A stretch of 53,965 nucleotides of DNA from an uncultured Candidatus Actinomarina sp. (GCA_902521955.1 CABYTP010000005.1:1-53965), one strand, 5' to 3'. Positions 28,552 through 38,983 are shown, counted from the stretch's first letter. The notes: generated from the letters alone by a model not told the origin. Numbers and translations: made by a program.

Positions 28552-29078
28552 TTTTAATTATAACGGGTCCATCAGGTGTTGGAAAGAATACAATAATTGA
28601 TGCTCTTTCAAAAAAGCTAGAATTTAACTTTTCAGTATCGCACACAACTAGACCTAAAAGAGTATCTGAGGTAAGTGGTAAAGATTACCACTTTATAACT
28701 GATGAAGAGTTTCAATCAATGATAAATAATAATGAACTTCTCGAATTCGAAGAATATGGTGGATTTATATATGGCACTTCAAGAAAAGAACTGGATCAAG
28801 AAGGTTTAGTTATTTTAGATTTAGAAGTAAATGGTGCTACAAAACTACTAAATAATAATCCAGATTTTGTTGGTTTGTTTATTGACATAAATGATGAAGA
28901 ATTAATTAATCGATTGAATAATCGAGGTCATAATACGGATTTTATAAATAAAAGAATGGAACTTGCTAGTAAACAAAGAAAGTATAAGGATACTTACGAT
29001 TACAACATACAGAATGTTGATATAAATACTTCAGTTAATCAAATAATTGATATAATATATAAGCTGGAGGACAGATGA
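28548..29078 (+). CDS. gmk: Guanylate kinase
   Basis: GPSGVGK, SVSHTTR, GKDYHF, YGT. Confidence 0.97.
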   Translation: MILIITGPSGVGKNTIIDALSKKLEFNFSVSHTTRPKRVSEVSGKDYHFITDEEFQSMINNNELLEFEEYGGFIYGTSRKELDQEGLVILDLEVNGATKLLNNNPDFVGLFIDINDEELINRLNNRGHNTDFINKRMELASKQRKYKDTYDYNIQNVDINTSVNQIIDIIYKLEDR

Positions 29079-29302
29079 TAAAACCACCTATTGAAAACTT
29101 ACTAAAAGAAACACCAGGAAGATTTGCATTAGTTATTACTGCAGCAAGAAGAGCACGAGATATAAATTCATATTTTAATCAATTGGGAGAAGGTATCGGT
29201 GCTTATACACCTCCTCAAGTTCAAAGTTTAAGTAGAAAACCTCTAACTGTTGCATTTGAAGAAATTGCAGCAGGAAAGGTCGAAGTTTCAGAAGAAAGTT
29301 AA
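29075..29302 (+). CDS. rpoZ: RNA polymerase omega subunit
   Basis: PPIE.LL, LV..AARRAR.IN.Y, KPL.VA.EEI. Confidence 0.96.
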   Translation: MIKPPIENLLKETPGRFALVITAARRARDINSYFNQLGEGIGAYTPPQVQSLSRKPLTVAFEEIAAGKVEVSEES

Positions 29303-30414
29303 TGAAGAAAAATATACTACTTGGGTTAACAGGTAGTATTGCTTGTTCCAAAGCAGAACAATTTGTTCAAGACTACAAGGATGAATTCAATTTTAAAATC
29401 ATTGCAACTTATAGTTCTTTAAACTATCTAACAGATAAATTTATACAAGATAATAATATTATCACTGACTGGGATGATTTAAAGGGATCTCCACATATAG
29501 AATTAGCTAGATTTTCTGATTTATTTATTGTTTTTCCTGCAACAGCAAATTTTATAGCAAAAATCAATAGTGGAATAGCTGATGATTTACTAACTTCTAC
29601 TGTTTTAATGTATAACAAAGCCCTTTATATTTGTCCTGCAATGCATGAAGAAATGTTTTTAAATACTAAAACACAAAAAAATTTATTAGATCTGTCACAG
29701 TCCTACTTTATCCTTGGTCCTAGATATGGAGATTTAGATATTGGAGATACGGGCTATGGAAGAATGATTGAACCACACGAGCTGTACAATGCCTTAACTA
29801 AGGTTAAAGAAAAAATAATTGTAACATCAGGACCAACTTCTGAACCAATTGATGATGTAAAAGTTATTACGAATAAATCTACAGGAAAGCAAGGTAAATC
29901 TATAGCAATTGAACTTATGTCTAGGGGATATGAAGTTATATACATACATTCAGAAATAATTTCACCTATTCCTGGCGCTAAAAATTACAGTTTTGAAACT
30001 TCAAAAGATTTATTTGATTTAATGTGTGAAGAGGCGGAGAATACTAAATACATATTTATGGTTTCTGCCGTATCAGACTTTACTGTTAACAAATCCAGTG
30101 GAAAGATATCAAGAAAGAGTGGGAATTTAAATATTGAATTTAAACCAAATTTTGATTTGATTAAAGAATTTAAAATCAAATATCCCAATATAATTTCAAT
30201 AGCTTTTTCTGCTCAAATTGATGACGTAGAGAATTACGATAAATTAATTTCGAAAAATTCTGATTATTTAGTTATTAATAACATCATCAAAAATCGTTTC
30301 GGCTCTGATAAGAATAAAATTAAATTAATCAATAAAACTAATCTAATATTAGAAACTGACGTACTAGAAAAAAATGTTATTGCATCAACAGTTATTGACA
30401 AAATAATTGATTAA
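29302..30414 (+). CDS. coaBC: Bifunctional phosphopantothenoylcysteine decarboxylase/synthase
   Basis: GLTGSIA, HIELA, PATAN, PAM, G.T.EPID.V..ITN.STG..G, AVSDF. Confidence 0.95.
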   Translation: MKKNILLGLTGSIACSKAEQFVQDYKDEFNFKIIATYSSLNYLTDKFIQDNNIITDWDDLKGSPHIELARFSDLFIVFPATANFIAKINSGIADDLLTSTVLMYNKALYICPAMHEEMFLNTKTQKNLLDLSQSYFILGPRYGDLDIGDTGYGRMIEPHELYNALTKVKEKIIVTSGPTSEPIDDVKVITNKSTGKQGKSIAIELMSRGYEVIYIHSEIISPIPGAKNYSFETSKDLFDLMCEEAENTKYIFMVSAVSDFTVNKSSGKISRKSGNLNIEFKPNFDLIKEFKIKYPNIISIAFSAQIDDVENYDKLISKNSDYLVINNIIKNRFGSDKNKIKLINKTNLILETDVLEKNVIASTVIDKIID

Positions 30415-31760
30415 TGTACGCAAATATAGAAATAATTTCAAACAATACATACAATTTTTCTACTTTTACATACAAAATACCACCTCAATTTCAAGGTAAA
30501 GTCCGTGAAGGATCAGTAACAAAAATTAAATTTCGTAACAGAGATTTATTAGGTGTAGTTTTAAAAATTGATGATAAAACCAATATAGAAAATTTAAATA
30601 GTGTAGAAAAAATAGTCCATAACTTGGACAATATTCAATTCAAGTATCTTAAATTCATAGCTTTGGTAAACCGTATTAATGTTGGAATACTTATTTATAA
30701 TTTGTTTGATCTCAAAACCTTTACATTACAAAAAAAGACCGCGAATAAAAGTATTACCAACCTATCTTTCAGCCAAATTAATAAAATAAACTACAGAGAA
30801 AAGAATGTATTTTTCGTTCCTTCTCTTAAGCAATCAAAATTACTATATGACAAACTAAAAGATGTAATAGATATTGATTATTATCAAAAATTTGGTGGGA
30901 AAGATGAACTTCAGAAGGTAATTAACACCAAACAATTTACTAATATCATCTTGTTAAGTAATAACTTTGAAAAAATTAATATTAAAGATCGATATAACTA
31001 TATTTTCTATGATTCGAACTCTAATGCATACAAGTTGCCTAAATTAAATGAAATAAATGTAATTGAATCTGCTTATTTAAAAAATTGTTTATTCGGTGGG
31101 CACTTTATATTTATATCCGAATTTCCTAATTTTGAATATTTTAATCAAAAGTGGAATCCCCAAGATAAATATGAATATGAAATTGAATACTTTATTTCAA
31201 ATAAGCTTAAAGATAATATTGAACTGATTAATCATAAATATCCCAATAAAATTTTCAATTACTATTCAAATGAAAAATTACCAAGCGTAAAGAATTTTAA
31301 TTATATTGATAATCTTGATGATTCCAAACTAGACACACTAATAATCCAAAATCCAAATATTTCTAAAAATCGGATTTTGAATTCATTTAAGCTAATATAT
31401 TTGTTAAAAATTTTGAATCACGCAAAAAATCTAAATTTACAAATTATTGTCTTTTCCTCTAATGAATTAGATATTAATAAAACTTTAAACAGTGTAAATA
31501 TGACTGACTGGATTAACAATGAAAATAATGTCAGAAAAAAGTACGGTCCAAATAATTTATTTAAAATATATTCAATTTATTCAGATACTTTAATTAAAAA
31601 TAAAGATTTAAAGTACCTACTTGGTCCAAAAATTGTTAATGATAAATATATTTATGAACTACAAATTAAACTTGACGATAAGTTAGATTATGAGTTGTTG
31701 CAGAATATTTATAAACTTACTAAAGATTGTGAAATAAAAAGAATTAGGCATATATCATGA
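30414..31760 (+). CDS. priA: Degenerate primosomal protein N' (PriA-like, helicase motifs not recognisable)
   Basis: N-terminal FTYKIP...GS...I.FRNR...GVV matches the PriA 3'-binding domain; position between coaBC and def; no Walker A, DExH or Cys-rich region visible. Confidence 0.65.
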   Translation: MYANIEIISNNTYNFSTFTYKIPPQFQGKVREGSVTKIKFRNRDLLGVVLKIDDKTNIENLNSVEKIVHNLDNIQFKYLKFIALVNRINVGILIYNLFDLKTFTLQKKTANKSITNLSFSQINKINYREKNVFFVPSLKQSKLLYDKLKDVIDIDYYQKFGGKDELQKVINTKQFTNIILLSNNFEKINIKDRYNYIFYDSNSNAYKLPKLNEINVIESAYLKNCLFGGHFIFISEFPNFEYFNQKWNPQDKYEYEIEYFISNKLKDNIELINHKYPNKIFNYYSNEKLPSVKNFNYIDNLDDSKLDTLIIQNPNISKNRILNSFKLIYLLKILNHAKNLNLQIIVFSSNELDINKTLNSVNMTDWINNENNVRKKYGPNNLFKIYSIYSDTLIKNKDLKYLLGPKIVNDKYIYELQIKLDDKLDYELLQNIYKLTKDCEIKRIRHIS

Positions 31761-32251
31761 ACGAAATTGTTACATTTGGACATCCAGCATTAATATCCAA
31801 ATCTTCAGATATTGAAGAAATTGATGATTACACAATAAACTTGTCACAAAAAATGATAAATATCATGTATGAGGCCCCGGGAGTTGGTTTAGCAGCTCCT
31901 CAAATAGGGATTAATAAAAATATTTTTGTATTTGATGCAGGTGACGGACCTTTTGTTGCTATAAATCCAGAAATGGTAAAAAAAGAAGGAGAAATTGTTT
32001 TTATGGAAGGTTGCTTATCCCTTCCAGGATATTATTGGGATATCGAAAGAGCTGAATATGCAAAAATATCATGTTTAAATGAACACGGAGAAGAAGTTAT
32101 ATATGAAGGAGATGACCTAATGGGAAGAGTTCTTCAGCATGAATATGATCATTTAAAAGGAAAGTTATTAATTAAATCACTAAAACGAAAAGCTAGAAAA
32201 GAAGCCATACGTGAAATATCTTTAAAAGGATTTCCTGGTGATAAAATTTAA
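31757..32251 (+). CDS. def: Peptide deformylase
   Basis: GVGLAAPQIG, EGCLS, QHEYDH. Confidence 0.98.
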   Translation: MNEIVTFGHPALISKSSDIEEIDDYTINLSQKMINIMYEAPGVGLAAPQIGINKNIFVFDAGDGPFVAINPEMVKKEGEIVFMEGCLSLPGYYWDIERAEYAKISCLNEHGEEVIYEGDDLMGRVLQHEYDHLKGKLLIKSLKRKARKEAIREISLKGFPGDKI

Positions 32252-33050
32252 ATATTTTTTTGGATCAGATAGCAGAAGCTTACCTTTTTTATCTACTCTG
32301 CATGATGAAATATCTAACTTAAAAGTTATAACACTACCACCAAAAAATAAAGGCCGTGGAAGGAAAAGTACCAGTAATCCTGTTGAAACATTCTGCATTG
32401 AAAACAATATAGATTGTGATTATTTTGATGACAGTAAAAATTATCATGACATGGAATATGGGATAGTAGCTAGTTTTTCAAAAATATTTCCTAATTATTT
32501 TTTAGAAAATAATTCCCAACTTTTTAATATTCATTTAAGTCTATTACCTAAATATAGAGGACCAACACCTGTTGAAACTGCAATACTTAATAAAGAAATT
32601 GAAGGTGGGTATACCGTATTTAAAATAGATAAAAATATTGACACGGGTAAAATAATATTTCAAAATTCTCTCAATATAAAAAATAAATACGCAAGTGACA
32701 TTTATAGTGATATTTATAAATTATTTAAATCTGATTTTTCATCAATTGATTTTCATACAACGGGTTTAGATCAACATGGAAATACAACTTCTACAGTTAA
32801 ATTTTTTAAAAATGATTTTAATATTTCTGATTCTTCTATTAATGAAGCTAAAAATAAAATTAAAGCATTTGATATTTTAGGTCCTGCATTTATCGTATTT
32901 AACAATAAAATTTTAAAGGTCCATTCCTACAGTGACATAGAAAATAAGAGTAGAATTGAACTTAGTGACGGCTATCTTTATCCAGATAATGTTACACCTG
33001 AAGGGAAACGTAAAATGTCTTTTGATGATTATTTGAGAGGATTAAAGTGA
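32238..33050 (+). CDS. fmt: Methionyl-tRNA formyltransferase (short)
   Basis: GRGRK, NIHLSLLPKYRG..P, DTG; def-fmt synteny. Confidence 0.92.
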   Translation: MIKFKYFFGSDSRSLPFLSTLHDEISNLKVITLPPKNKGRGRKSTSNPVETFCIENNIDCDYFDDSKNYHDMEYGIVASFSKIFPNYFLENNSQLFNIHLSLLPKYRGPTPVETAILNKEIEGGYTVFKIDKNIDTGKIIFQNSLNIKNKYASDIYSDIYKLFKSDFSSIDFHTTGLDQHGNTTSTVKFFKNDFNISDSSINEAKNKIKAFDILGPAFIVFNNKILKVHSYSDIENKSRIELSDGYLYPDNVTPEGKRKMSFDDYLRGLK

Positions 33051-33634
33051 TAATTTCAGCAAGTATACAGGCAGCCGATCAGTTAAATATTCTTCAAGAT
33101 ATTAATGAACATAAAAATAAATTTGACCAGATACATGTTGATATTACTGACGGTCATTTCACTAATAATATTTCAATGTCCTTTCAACATATAAAAGAGG
33201 TAAAAGAACAAACAAATTATAAAGTTGATGTTCAATTAATGGTTCAAGACAATGTTAAGTTAGCTCCCTTAGCATTTTCCCATGGTGCTGATTTGGTATG
33301 TATTCATGCTGAATCTACAAAACTTAATGATTTCATCGAATTAAGCAACCAATATAAAAATTTAGGTGTGGCAACACTTCCTGATACAAATAATGAACAT
33401 TTAAAAGATTACTTAGCTCATTCAAAAGCTGTTTTGTTGTTAGCGGTTAACCCTGGTTTTTCAAACCAAGGTCAAGCTATTAACTTAATCGATAAAGTAA
33501 AAAACTTTAACAATTTGTATCCAGAATTCAAGGGAAAATTAATTGCGGATGGAGGAATTAAAAATTCCGATCTAGAGAATCTTAAAAACAACAAAGTAGA
33601 TATAGCTGTACAAGGTGGAGCTATTTTCACCTAA
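33047..33634 (+). CDS. rpe: Ribulose-phosphate 3-epimerase
   Basis: HVDITDGHF..N, VNPGF, DGGI; synteny before ribD. Confidence 0.9.
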   Translation: MIISASIQAADQLNILQDINEHKNKFDQIHVDITDGHFTNNISMSFQHIKEVKEQTNYKVDVQLMVQDNVKLAPLAFSHGADLVCIHAESTKLNDFIELSNQYKNLGVATLPDTNNEHLKDYLAHSKAVLLLAVNPGFSNQGQAINLIDKVKNFNNLYPEFKGKLIADGGIKNSDLENLKNNKVDIAVQGGAIFT

Positions 33635-34660
33635 ATGCTTAACTTTTTAAATTACCCAAATAGTATGTATTTAGCAGTTCTTGAAGCTTTAAAATCAAAC
33701 ACCTACCCAAACCCTAAAGTTGGCGCTGTTTTAATCGATAAAGATAACCAAATTAAAGCAATTGGTCGTCATCGTGGCAAGGGGACTGATCATGCAGAAA
33801 TAGAGATTATTAAAAATTCTAGTATTCATTTTGATGATACTTTATTTGTTACACTCGAACCGTGTCTTCATACTGACACATCACCATCATGTGCTGAAGA
33901 GCTATTAAAAACAAATTTAAAAAATATAGTTATTGGAGATATAGATACTGATATTCGTACAAATGGAAAAAGTGTTGCGAAACTTAAACAAGCCGGATTG
34001 AATGTTTCAATTATAAATGAAGTAAATACTTTTATTAATCCAAATTACAACATTAAAAACTTGCATAATCGAACGATTTCCTATATTGGTAAAGTCGCAA
34101 CAAGTAAAAACAATATGATTACAAATAACTCTAGTGATAAAAAATATATCACTAATAGTAAATCACTTGAATTAACACACCTAATTAGAGCAACAGTAGA
34201 TGGTTTATTGATTGGTAAAAATACATTAATAAATGACAATCCATTACTTAATGTTAGACATGAAAATTTACCCAATATAAAAATTCATAAATATGTGTTG
34301 TGGGGTTCTGACAATAAAACAATAAATGATTTTATAGATAAACATGATGACAAAATATTTATTACTAGTTTTAACAGTAAAAACTCTAATATTGTAAATC
34401 TAAATGAATTAACATTTCAAAATCTTGAAACTTTTTTAATTTCCAAAAACATAAATTCTTTACTTGTTGAGGGTGGAAACTTTATTCATAAATTTTTTAT
34501 AGAGAATAATTTTTATGATTGTTTTTATAAATTTTCTTCTGATCACAATATAGACAATGGTTTAAAATTAGATCCAACTATTGATAGCTATTTAAATGAT
34601 AAATTAATCTTAAATAGAGAAATAAGGCTTAATGATAACTCTCTGCACATTTATAATTAG
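33635..34660 (+). CDS. ribD: Riboflavin biosynthesis deaminase/reductase
   Basis: PNPKVGA, HAE, TLEPC..C, DNP.L.VR, LLVEGG. Confidence 0.93.
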   Translation: MLNFLNYPNSMYLAVLEALKSNTYPNPKVGAVLIDKDNQIKAIGRHRGKGTDHAEIEIIKNSSIHFDDTLFVTLEPCLHTDTSPSCAEELLKTNLKNIVIGDIDTDIRTNGKSVAKLKQAGLNVSIINEVNTFINPNYNIKNLHNRTISYIGKVATSKNNMITNNSSDKKYITNSKSLELTHLIRATVDGLLIGKNTLINDNPLLNVRHENLPNIKIHKYVLWGSDNKTINDFIDKHDDKIFITSFNSKNSNIVNLNELTFQNLETFLISKNINSLLVEGGNFIHKFFIENNFYDCFYKFSSDHNIDNGLKLDPTIDSYLNDKLILNREIRLNDNSLHIYN

Positions 34661-34663
34661 AAC

Positions 34664-35239
34664 ATGTTTACTGGAATTATAGAAGCAGTTGGTACAGTTG
34701 AGTATTTGAAAAATGATAATCTCAAAATTAAAACTGAAAATAGTAATTTTTTTAATCTTAAATCGGGTACCAGCATTGCAATAGATGGATGTTGCTTAAC
34801 ATTAAAAAATTATGAGGAAGAATTACTTTGTTTTCAAGTTTCTGATGAAACTTTATCAAGAACTTCATTAAATGATTCACACTGCGGGTACGTAAATATG
34901 GAATTGCCCTTAACAATGAATTCACTTCTTAGTGGTCATTTAGTACAAGGACATGTAGATGGTGTAATCAATTTAAAAACTATTGAAAAACTAGATTCAG
35001 AGTTATGGAACTTTTCGTTTACTAACGCAAGTCATAAATACTTGGTTGATAAAGGTTCTATCACTATAAACGGTATTTCATTAACAGTTGTTGATCCTGT
35101 CGAAGATAATTTTACTGTTTCAATTATTGAAGAAACATTTAATAGAACAAATTTAAAATACTTAAATGTCAACGATATCGTCAATGTTGAATATGATATA
35201 GTCATTAAATATTTGGAAAAACTTAATTATGATAACTGA
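34664..35239 (+). CDS. ribE: Riboflavin synthase alpha chain
   Basis: MFTGII, SIAIDGCCLT, GHLVQGHVDG, KGSITINGISLTV. Confidence 0.97.
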   Translation: MFTGIIEAVGTVEYLKNDNLKIKTENSNFFNLKSGTSIAIDGCCLTLKNYEEELLCFQVSDETLSRTSLNDSHCGYVNMELPLTMNSLLSGHLVQGHVDGVINLKTIEKLDSELWNFSFTNASHKYLVDKGSITINGISLTVVDPVEDNFTVSIIEETFNRTNLKYLNVNDIVNVEYDIVIKYLEKLNYDN

Positions 35240-36431
35240 TATTAAAGATATTATTAATCTCTTTTCAAAAGGAGAGATGATTATTTTAGTTGATGACGAA
35301 GAAAGGGAAAATGAAGGAGATCTAGTTATTTCATCAAAGTACCTTACAGCTGATCACATTAATTTTATGATTACTCATGGTAAAGGTTTGGTGTGTGCGC
35401 CTATTTCTTCAACAGTTGCTAAAAAATTACAACTTCCACTTATGGAAGGAGTAAATAATGAAATGCAAACACCTTATACCTATTCTGTAGATTTGAATGG
35501 AGATGGAGTTACAACTGGTATATCTGCTGAGGATAGATTTAAAACGATTAAAGGATTAGCCGACAATGAGTCGACAAGAAGTTCTTTTAATGTACCTGGC
35601 CATATTTTTCCACTACAAGCAATGGACGGTGGTGTTCTTCGAAGAGCGGGACATACAGAAGCAGCTGTAGATCTTTGCAAATTATCACATCATGAAGAAG
35701 TAGCTGTTATTTGTGAAATAATAAACGACGATGGAACAATGGCTAGGCTTGAAGACTTGTTTAAGTTTTCTACAAAACATGATATACCTATAGGAACAAT
35801 TAAAGATTTAATTCAATACAGATTAGATTCTTCCAATCCTGTACAGTTTGTATCAAAATCGAAAATTCCAACTGAATATGGCACTTTTGATGCTCATGTT
35901 TATAAAGATGTTGTTGACAATACAGAACATATAGCACTTACAATGGGGGATTATCTATCTGGAAATGACACAATGGTACGTGTTCACTCCGAGTGTCTTA
36001 CGGGAGATACATTGTTTTCAAATAAGTGTGATTGTGGTTCTCAATTATCAAGTGCTTTAAAAATAATTTCCGATAATAAGAGTGGTGTTTTGCTATACAT
36101 GAGAGGACATGAAGGTAGAGGTATTGGATTAGGAAATAAAATAAAGGCTTACTCATTGCAAGATGCAGGCGATGATACTGTTGATGCAAATCTAAAACTT
36201 GGGTTTAAAAATGATCAAAGAGATTACGGTACTGGTGCATTGATTTTGAGAAATTTAGGAATTTCAAATATGAATCTTTTAACAAATAATCCAAGCAAGA
36301 GAGCCGGTCTTGAAGGCTATGGTTTAAATATAATAAAAAGAACCCCTTTGATTGGTCAAACAACACCTGAAAATGAAAAATACCTAGAAACGAAGAAAGA
36401 TAAAATGGGACATAATTTTGATGAAGAATAA
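35229..36431 (+). CDS. ribBA: Bifunctional DHBP synthase / GTP cyclohydrolase II
   Basis: DDEERENEGD, RRAGHTEA, VRVHSECLTGD...CDCG, EGRGIGL, LLTNNP. Confidence 0.98.
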   Translation: MITDIKDIINLFSKGEMIILVDDEERENEGDLVISSKYLTADHINFMITHGKGLVCAPISSTVAKKLQLPLMEGVNNEMQTPYTYSVDLNGDGVTTGISAEDRFKTIKGLADNESTRSSFNVPGHIFPLQAMDGGVLRRAGHTEAAVDLCKLSHHEEVAVICEIINDDGTMARLEDLFKFSTKHDIPIGTIKDLIQYRLDSSNPVQFVSKSKIPTEYGTFDAHVYKDVVDNTEHIALTMGDYLSGNDTMVRVHSECLTGDTLFSNKCDCGSQLSSALKIISDNKSGVLLYMRGHEGRGIGLGNKIKAYSLQDAGDDTVDANLKLGFKNDQRDYGTGALILRNLGISNMNLLTNNPSKRAGLEGYGLNIIKRTPLIGQTTPENEKYLETKKDKMGHNFDEE

Positions 36432-36819
36432 TTTAGCATTAGTAATTTCTGACTATTACAAAGATATAACTGATGGCTTAGTTGCTGGTTTTAATTCAGT
36501 AATACATAAAGATTTTCATGTAGATACATTCTATGTAACAGGTGCTTGGGAAATTATTTATAAAATTAATTCATTAACAGATCAATATGATAAGTTTGTT
36601 GCAATCGGTGCAATAGTTAAAGGTGAAACAGATCATTATGAATTCATCTCCAGTGGTGTAGCAAATGGCCTTATTGATTTAACTATTCACAGAAATATAT
36701 ATATCTCAAATTGTGTTTTAAACGTTCACAATATTCAAGATGCTAGAAATAGAGCTGAAAATAACGACAAAAATAAAGGCTTAGAATCAGCAAAAGCTAT
36801 AAATAATCTTTTTTCTTAA
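36421..36819 (+). CDS. ribH: 6,7-dimethyl-8-ribityllumazine synthase
   Basis: V.GAWEI, G..VKGETDHYE, NKG.ESA; start ATG 36421 or TTG 36418. Confidence 0.93.
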   Translation: MKNNLALVISDYYKDITDGLVAGFNSVIHKDFHVDTFYVTGAWEIIYKINSLTDQYDKFVAIGAIVKGETDHYEFISSGVANGLIDLTIHRNIYISNCVLNVHNIQDARNRAENNDKNKGLESAKAINNLFS

Positions 36820-36838
36820 TAATAAGTATTAAGTAAGC

Positions 36839-36844
36839 TATAAT
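36839..36844 (+). promoter_or_regulatory. -10 element of the infC-rpmI-rplT operon
   Basis: Consensus TATAAT 6 nt before the structured leader. Confidence 0.6.
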
Positions 36845-36849
36845 TTAAT

Positions 36850-36920
36850 CAAGCGAACAATGTTCCACCTGCTGTGAAAAATAGTATGGTTGAGTTAAAC
36901 GGCTTCGTGCCGTTTTTTTT
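36850..36920 (+). promoter_or_regulatory. Ribosomal protein L20 leader-like RNA with attenuator hairpin
   Basis: AAGC-GAACA-a-TGTTC-CACC motif; second stem ACC-TGCTGT-gaaaa-ATAGTA-t-GGT; hairpin AAACGGC-ttcgt-GCCGTTT with T-tract; upstream of infC-rpmI-rplT. Confidence 0.65.
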
Positions 36921-36935
36921 ATGAGAGGAGTTAAC

Positions 36936-37451
36936 ATACCGGAATTAAAAATAAATGACGGGATTAGATCTAAAGAGTTAAGAGTCATTGCACCAGATGG
37001 TGTTCAAGTTGGTGTTCTAGAATTAAAGAAAGCACTTATTATTGCTGAAGAATTAAATCTAGATCTAGTAGAAGTCTCACCAGACAGTAAACCTCCAGTC
37101 GCAAGATTGATGGATTATGGAAAATACAAGTATGAACTTGCTCAAAAAGCAAAAGAATCTAGAAAAAATCAAGTCAAAATTTCAGTTAAAGAAATTCAAC
37201 TCAAACCTAAAATTGATACAAATGATTTTAAAATTAAGTTGAACAAATCGAGAAAATTTTTAAGCGATGGTGACAAAGTTAAATTTACAATGAGGTTTAG
37301 AGGTAGGGAAGCAGAACATCCCGAATTTGGTCAAAGAGTTTTGGATAAATATAAGGATCAACTTTCTGATATTTCTGAAGTTGAATCAACATCTAAACCT
37401 GATGGAAGATCTTTAACAATGGTGTTAGCACCTACAGGAGGTAGAAAATGA
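36936..37451 (+). CDS. infC: Translation initiation factor IF-3 (probable ATA start)
   Basis: LDLVEV..PPV.RLMDYGKYKYE, FRGRE; SD AGGAG (36926-36930) 5 nt before in-frame ATA 36936; ATG 36921 is the alternative. Confidence 0.95.
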   Translation: MPELKINDGIRSKELRVIAPDGVQVGVLELKKALIIAEELNLDLVEVSPDSKPPVARLMDYGKYKYELAQKAKESRKNQVKISVKEIQLKPKIDTNDFKIKLNKSRKFLSDGDKVKFTMRFRGREAEHPEFGQRVLDKYKDQLSDISEVESTSKPDGRSLTMVLAPTGGRK

Positions 37452-37636
37452 AGCACAAGACTCATAAGAGTGTATCTAAAAGAGTACGAGTAACAGGTAC
37501 TGGTAAATATATGAGAAGTAGAGCTCATAGATCACATTATAAGTTGGCAAAAGGTTCTGGTACTTGGTCAAGACTTAAAAGAGATGTTGAAACATCTAAA
37601 GGTGATAGTAAAAAAATTAGAAAGTTGTTAGGTTAA
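37448..37636 (+). CDS. rpmI: 50S ribosomal protein L35
   Basis: MK.KTHK...KR.RVTGTGK; infC-rpmI-rplT order. Confidence 0.96.
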   Translation: MKHKTHKSVSKRVRVTGTGKYMRSRAHRSHYKLAKGSGTWSRLKRDVETSKGDSKKIRKLLG

Positions 37637-37638
37637 TT

Positions 37639-37998
37639 ATGGTTCGAATAAAAAGATCTGTAAGCAGTAGAAAATCAAGAAAGAAAGTACTTAAAAGTGC
37701 GAAAGGTTATACAGGTGCAAGAAGTAAAAGGTTAAGAGCAGCAAAAGAACAAGTAATGCATGCTGGTGCAGATGCTTTTACGCATAGAAAAGATAAAAAA
37801 GCTGACTTTAGAAAACTTTGGATCTCAAGAATAAATGCTGCCTCAAGGCAAAATGGGCTAGCTTATTCTAAATTTATTAACGGTCTTACAAAAGCTGGTA
37901 TTAAAGTTGATAGAAAAATTCTTGCTGATTTAGCAGTAAACGATCCGAAAGGATTTAAAAAACTTGTTGATGTTGCTAAAAAGAATATAGATGCCTGA
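37639..37998 (+). CDS. rplT: 50S ribosomal protein L20
   Basis: [27 protein letters not shown]. Confidence 0.99.
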   Translation: MVRIKRSVSSRKSRKKVLKSAKGYTGARSKRLRAAKEQVMHAGADAFTHRKDKKADFRKLWISRINAASRQNGLAYSKFINGLTKAGIKVDRKILADLAVNDPKGFKKLVDVAKKNIDA

Positions 37999-38983
37999 AT
38001 TAAATTTTGATAAAGTTTATGCTTCATTAAATTTACGTATTAAAGATATTACTAATATTGATGAATTTGATGAATTAACAAAAGAGTTTCTAGGTAAAAA
38101 TTCTTTAATAGCTGAAGAACGTAAAAAATTATCTTCACTATCAAGCGATGACAAAAAAAATTATGGTAGGAAACTAACAGAAGCAACAGAATTTATTACT
38201 TCTGAGATCAAAGCACAACGTCAGTTATTTCTAAACTCACAATTTACATCAAGAGAAGAAGTTGAAAATACTGATATCTCTATTGACTGGACACCTTCTA
38301 GAGGTTCTTACAAACATGTATTGTCAACAGTTATGGATGAAGTTGTTTCTATTTTTTCTTCAATTGGTTATGAAGTTGCACACGGTCCAGAAGCAGAAAC
38401 TTCATGGCACAATTTTGACGCTCTAAATACTCCTGATTGGCATCCAGCTAGATATGAGTCTGATACCTTGTACCTAGATAAAAATTTAGATACACTGCTT
38501 CGCACCCAAACAAGTACTGTACAAATCCGCCATATGGAAGAAAATGATCCACCTGTTTACATAGTTGCCCCAGGTAGAGTTTTTCGTTCAGATCAACTAG
38601 ACGCGACTCATTCGCCAGTCTTCCATCAGTTAGAAGGTTTAGCAGTTGATAAAAATTTAACTTTTACTGATTTAAAAGGCACCCTTGAATATTTTGTAAA
38701 AGAATTTTTTGGTAACGATATAGAAACCAAATTTATTCCTCATTTTTTTCCTTTTACAGAACCGTCAGCAGAAGTCTTGGTTAAATGGCAAAACGGAGAA
38801 TGGTTAGAAATATTAGGATGCGGAATGGTTGATCCCAATGTTTTATCAAATGTTAATTATCCAGATAATTATAAAGGATTTGCCTGGGGTGTGGGTATTG
38901 AGAGATTAGCTATGCTTAGGTACAAAATTGATCATATTAAAAACTTTTATGACAACGATATACGTTTTTTGGAACAGTTCTGA
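37991..38983 (+). CDS. pheS: Phenylalanine--tRNA ligase alpha subunit
   Basis: [43 protein letters not shown]. Confidence 0.98.
   Translation: MPELNFDKVYASLNLRIKDITNIDEFDELTKEFLGKNSLIAEERKKLSSLSSDDKKNYGRKLTEATEFITSEIKAQRQLFLNSQFTSREEVENTDISIDWTPSRGSYKHVLSTVMDEVVSIFSSIGYEVAHGPEAETSWHNFDALNTPDWHPARYESDTLYLDKNLDTLLRTQTSTVQIRHMEENDPPVYIVAPGRVFRSDQLDATHSPVFHQLEGLAVDKNLTFTDLKGTLEYFVKEFFGNDIETKFIPHFFPFTEPSAEVLVKWQNGEWLEILGCGMVDPNVLSNVNYPDNYKGFAWGVGIERLAMLRYKIDHIKNFYDNDIRFLEQF

Noticed and set aside
29716-29766. CoaC substrate clamp lacks the catalytic Cys of E. coli (GDLDIGDTGYGRM)
   Set aside because: As I recall, mycobacterial CoaBC also lacks Cys here (RLTGADSG.GRL), so this is likely a lineage trait rather than inactivation
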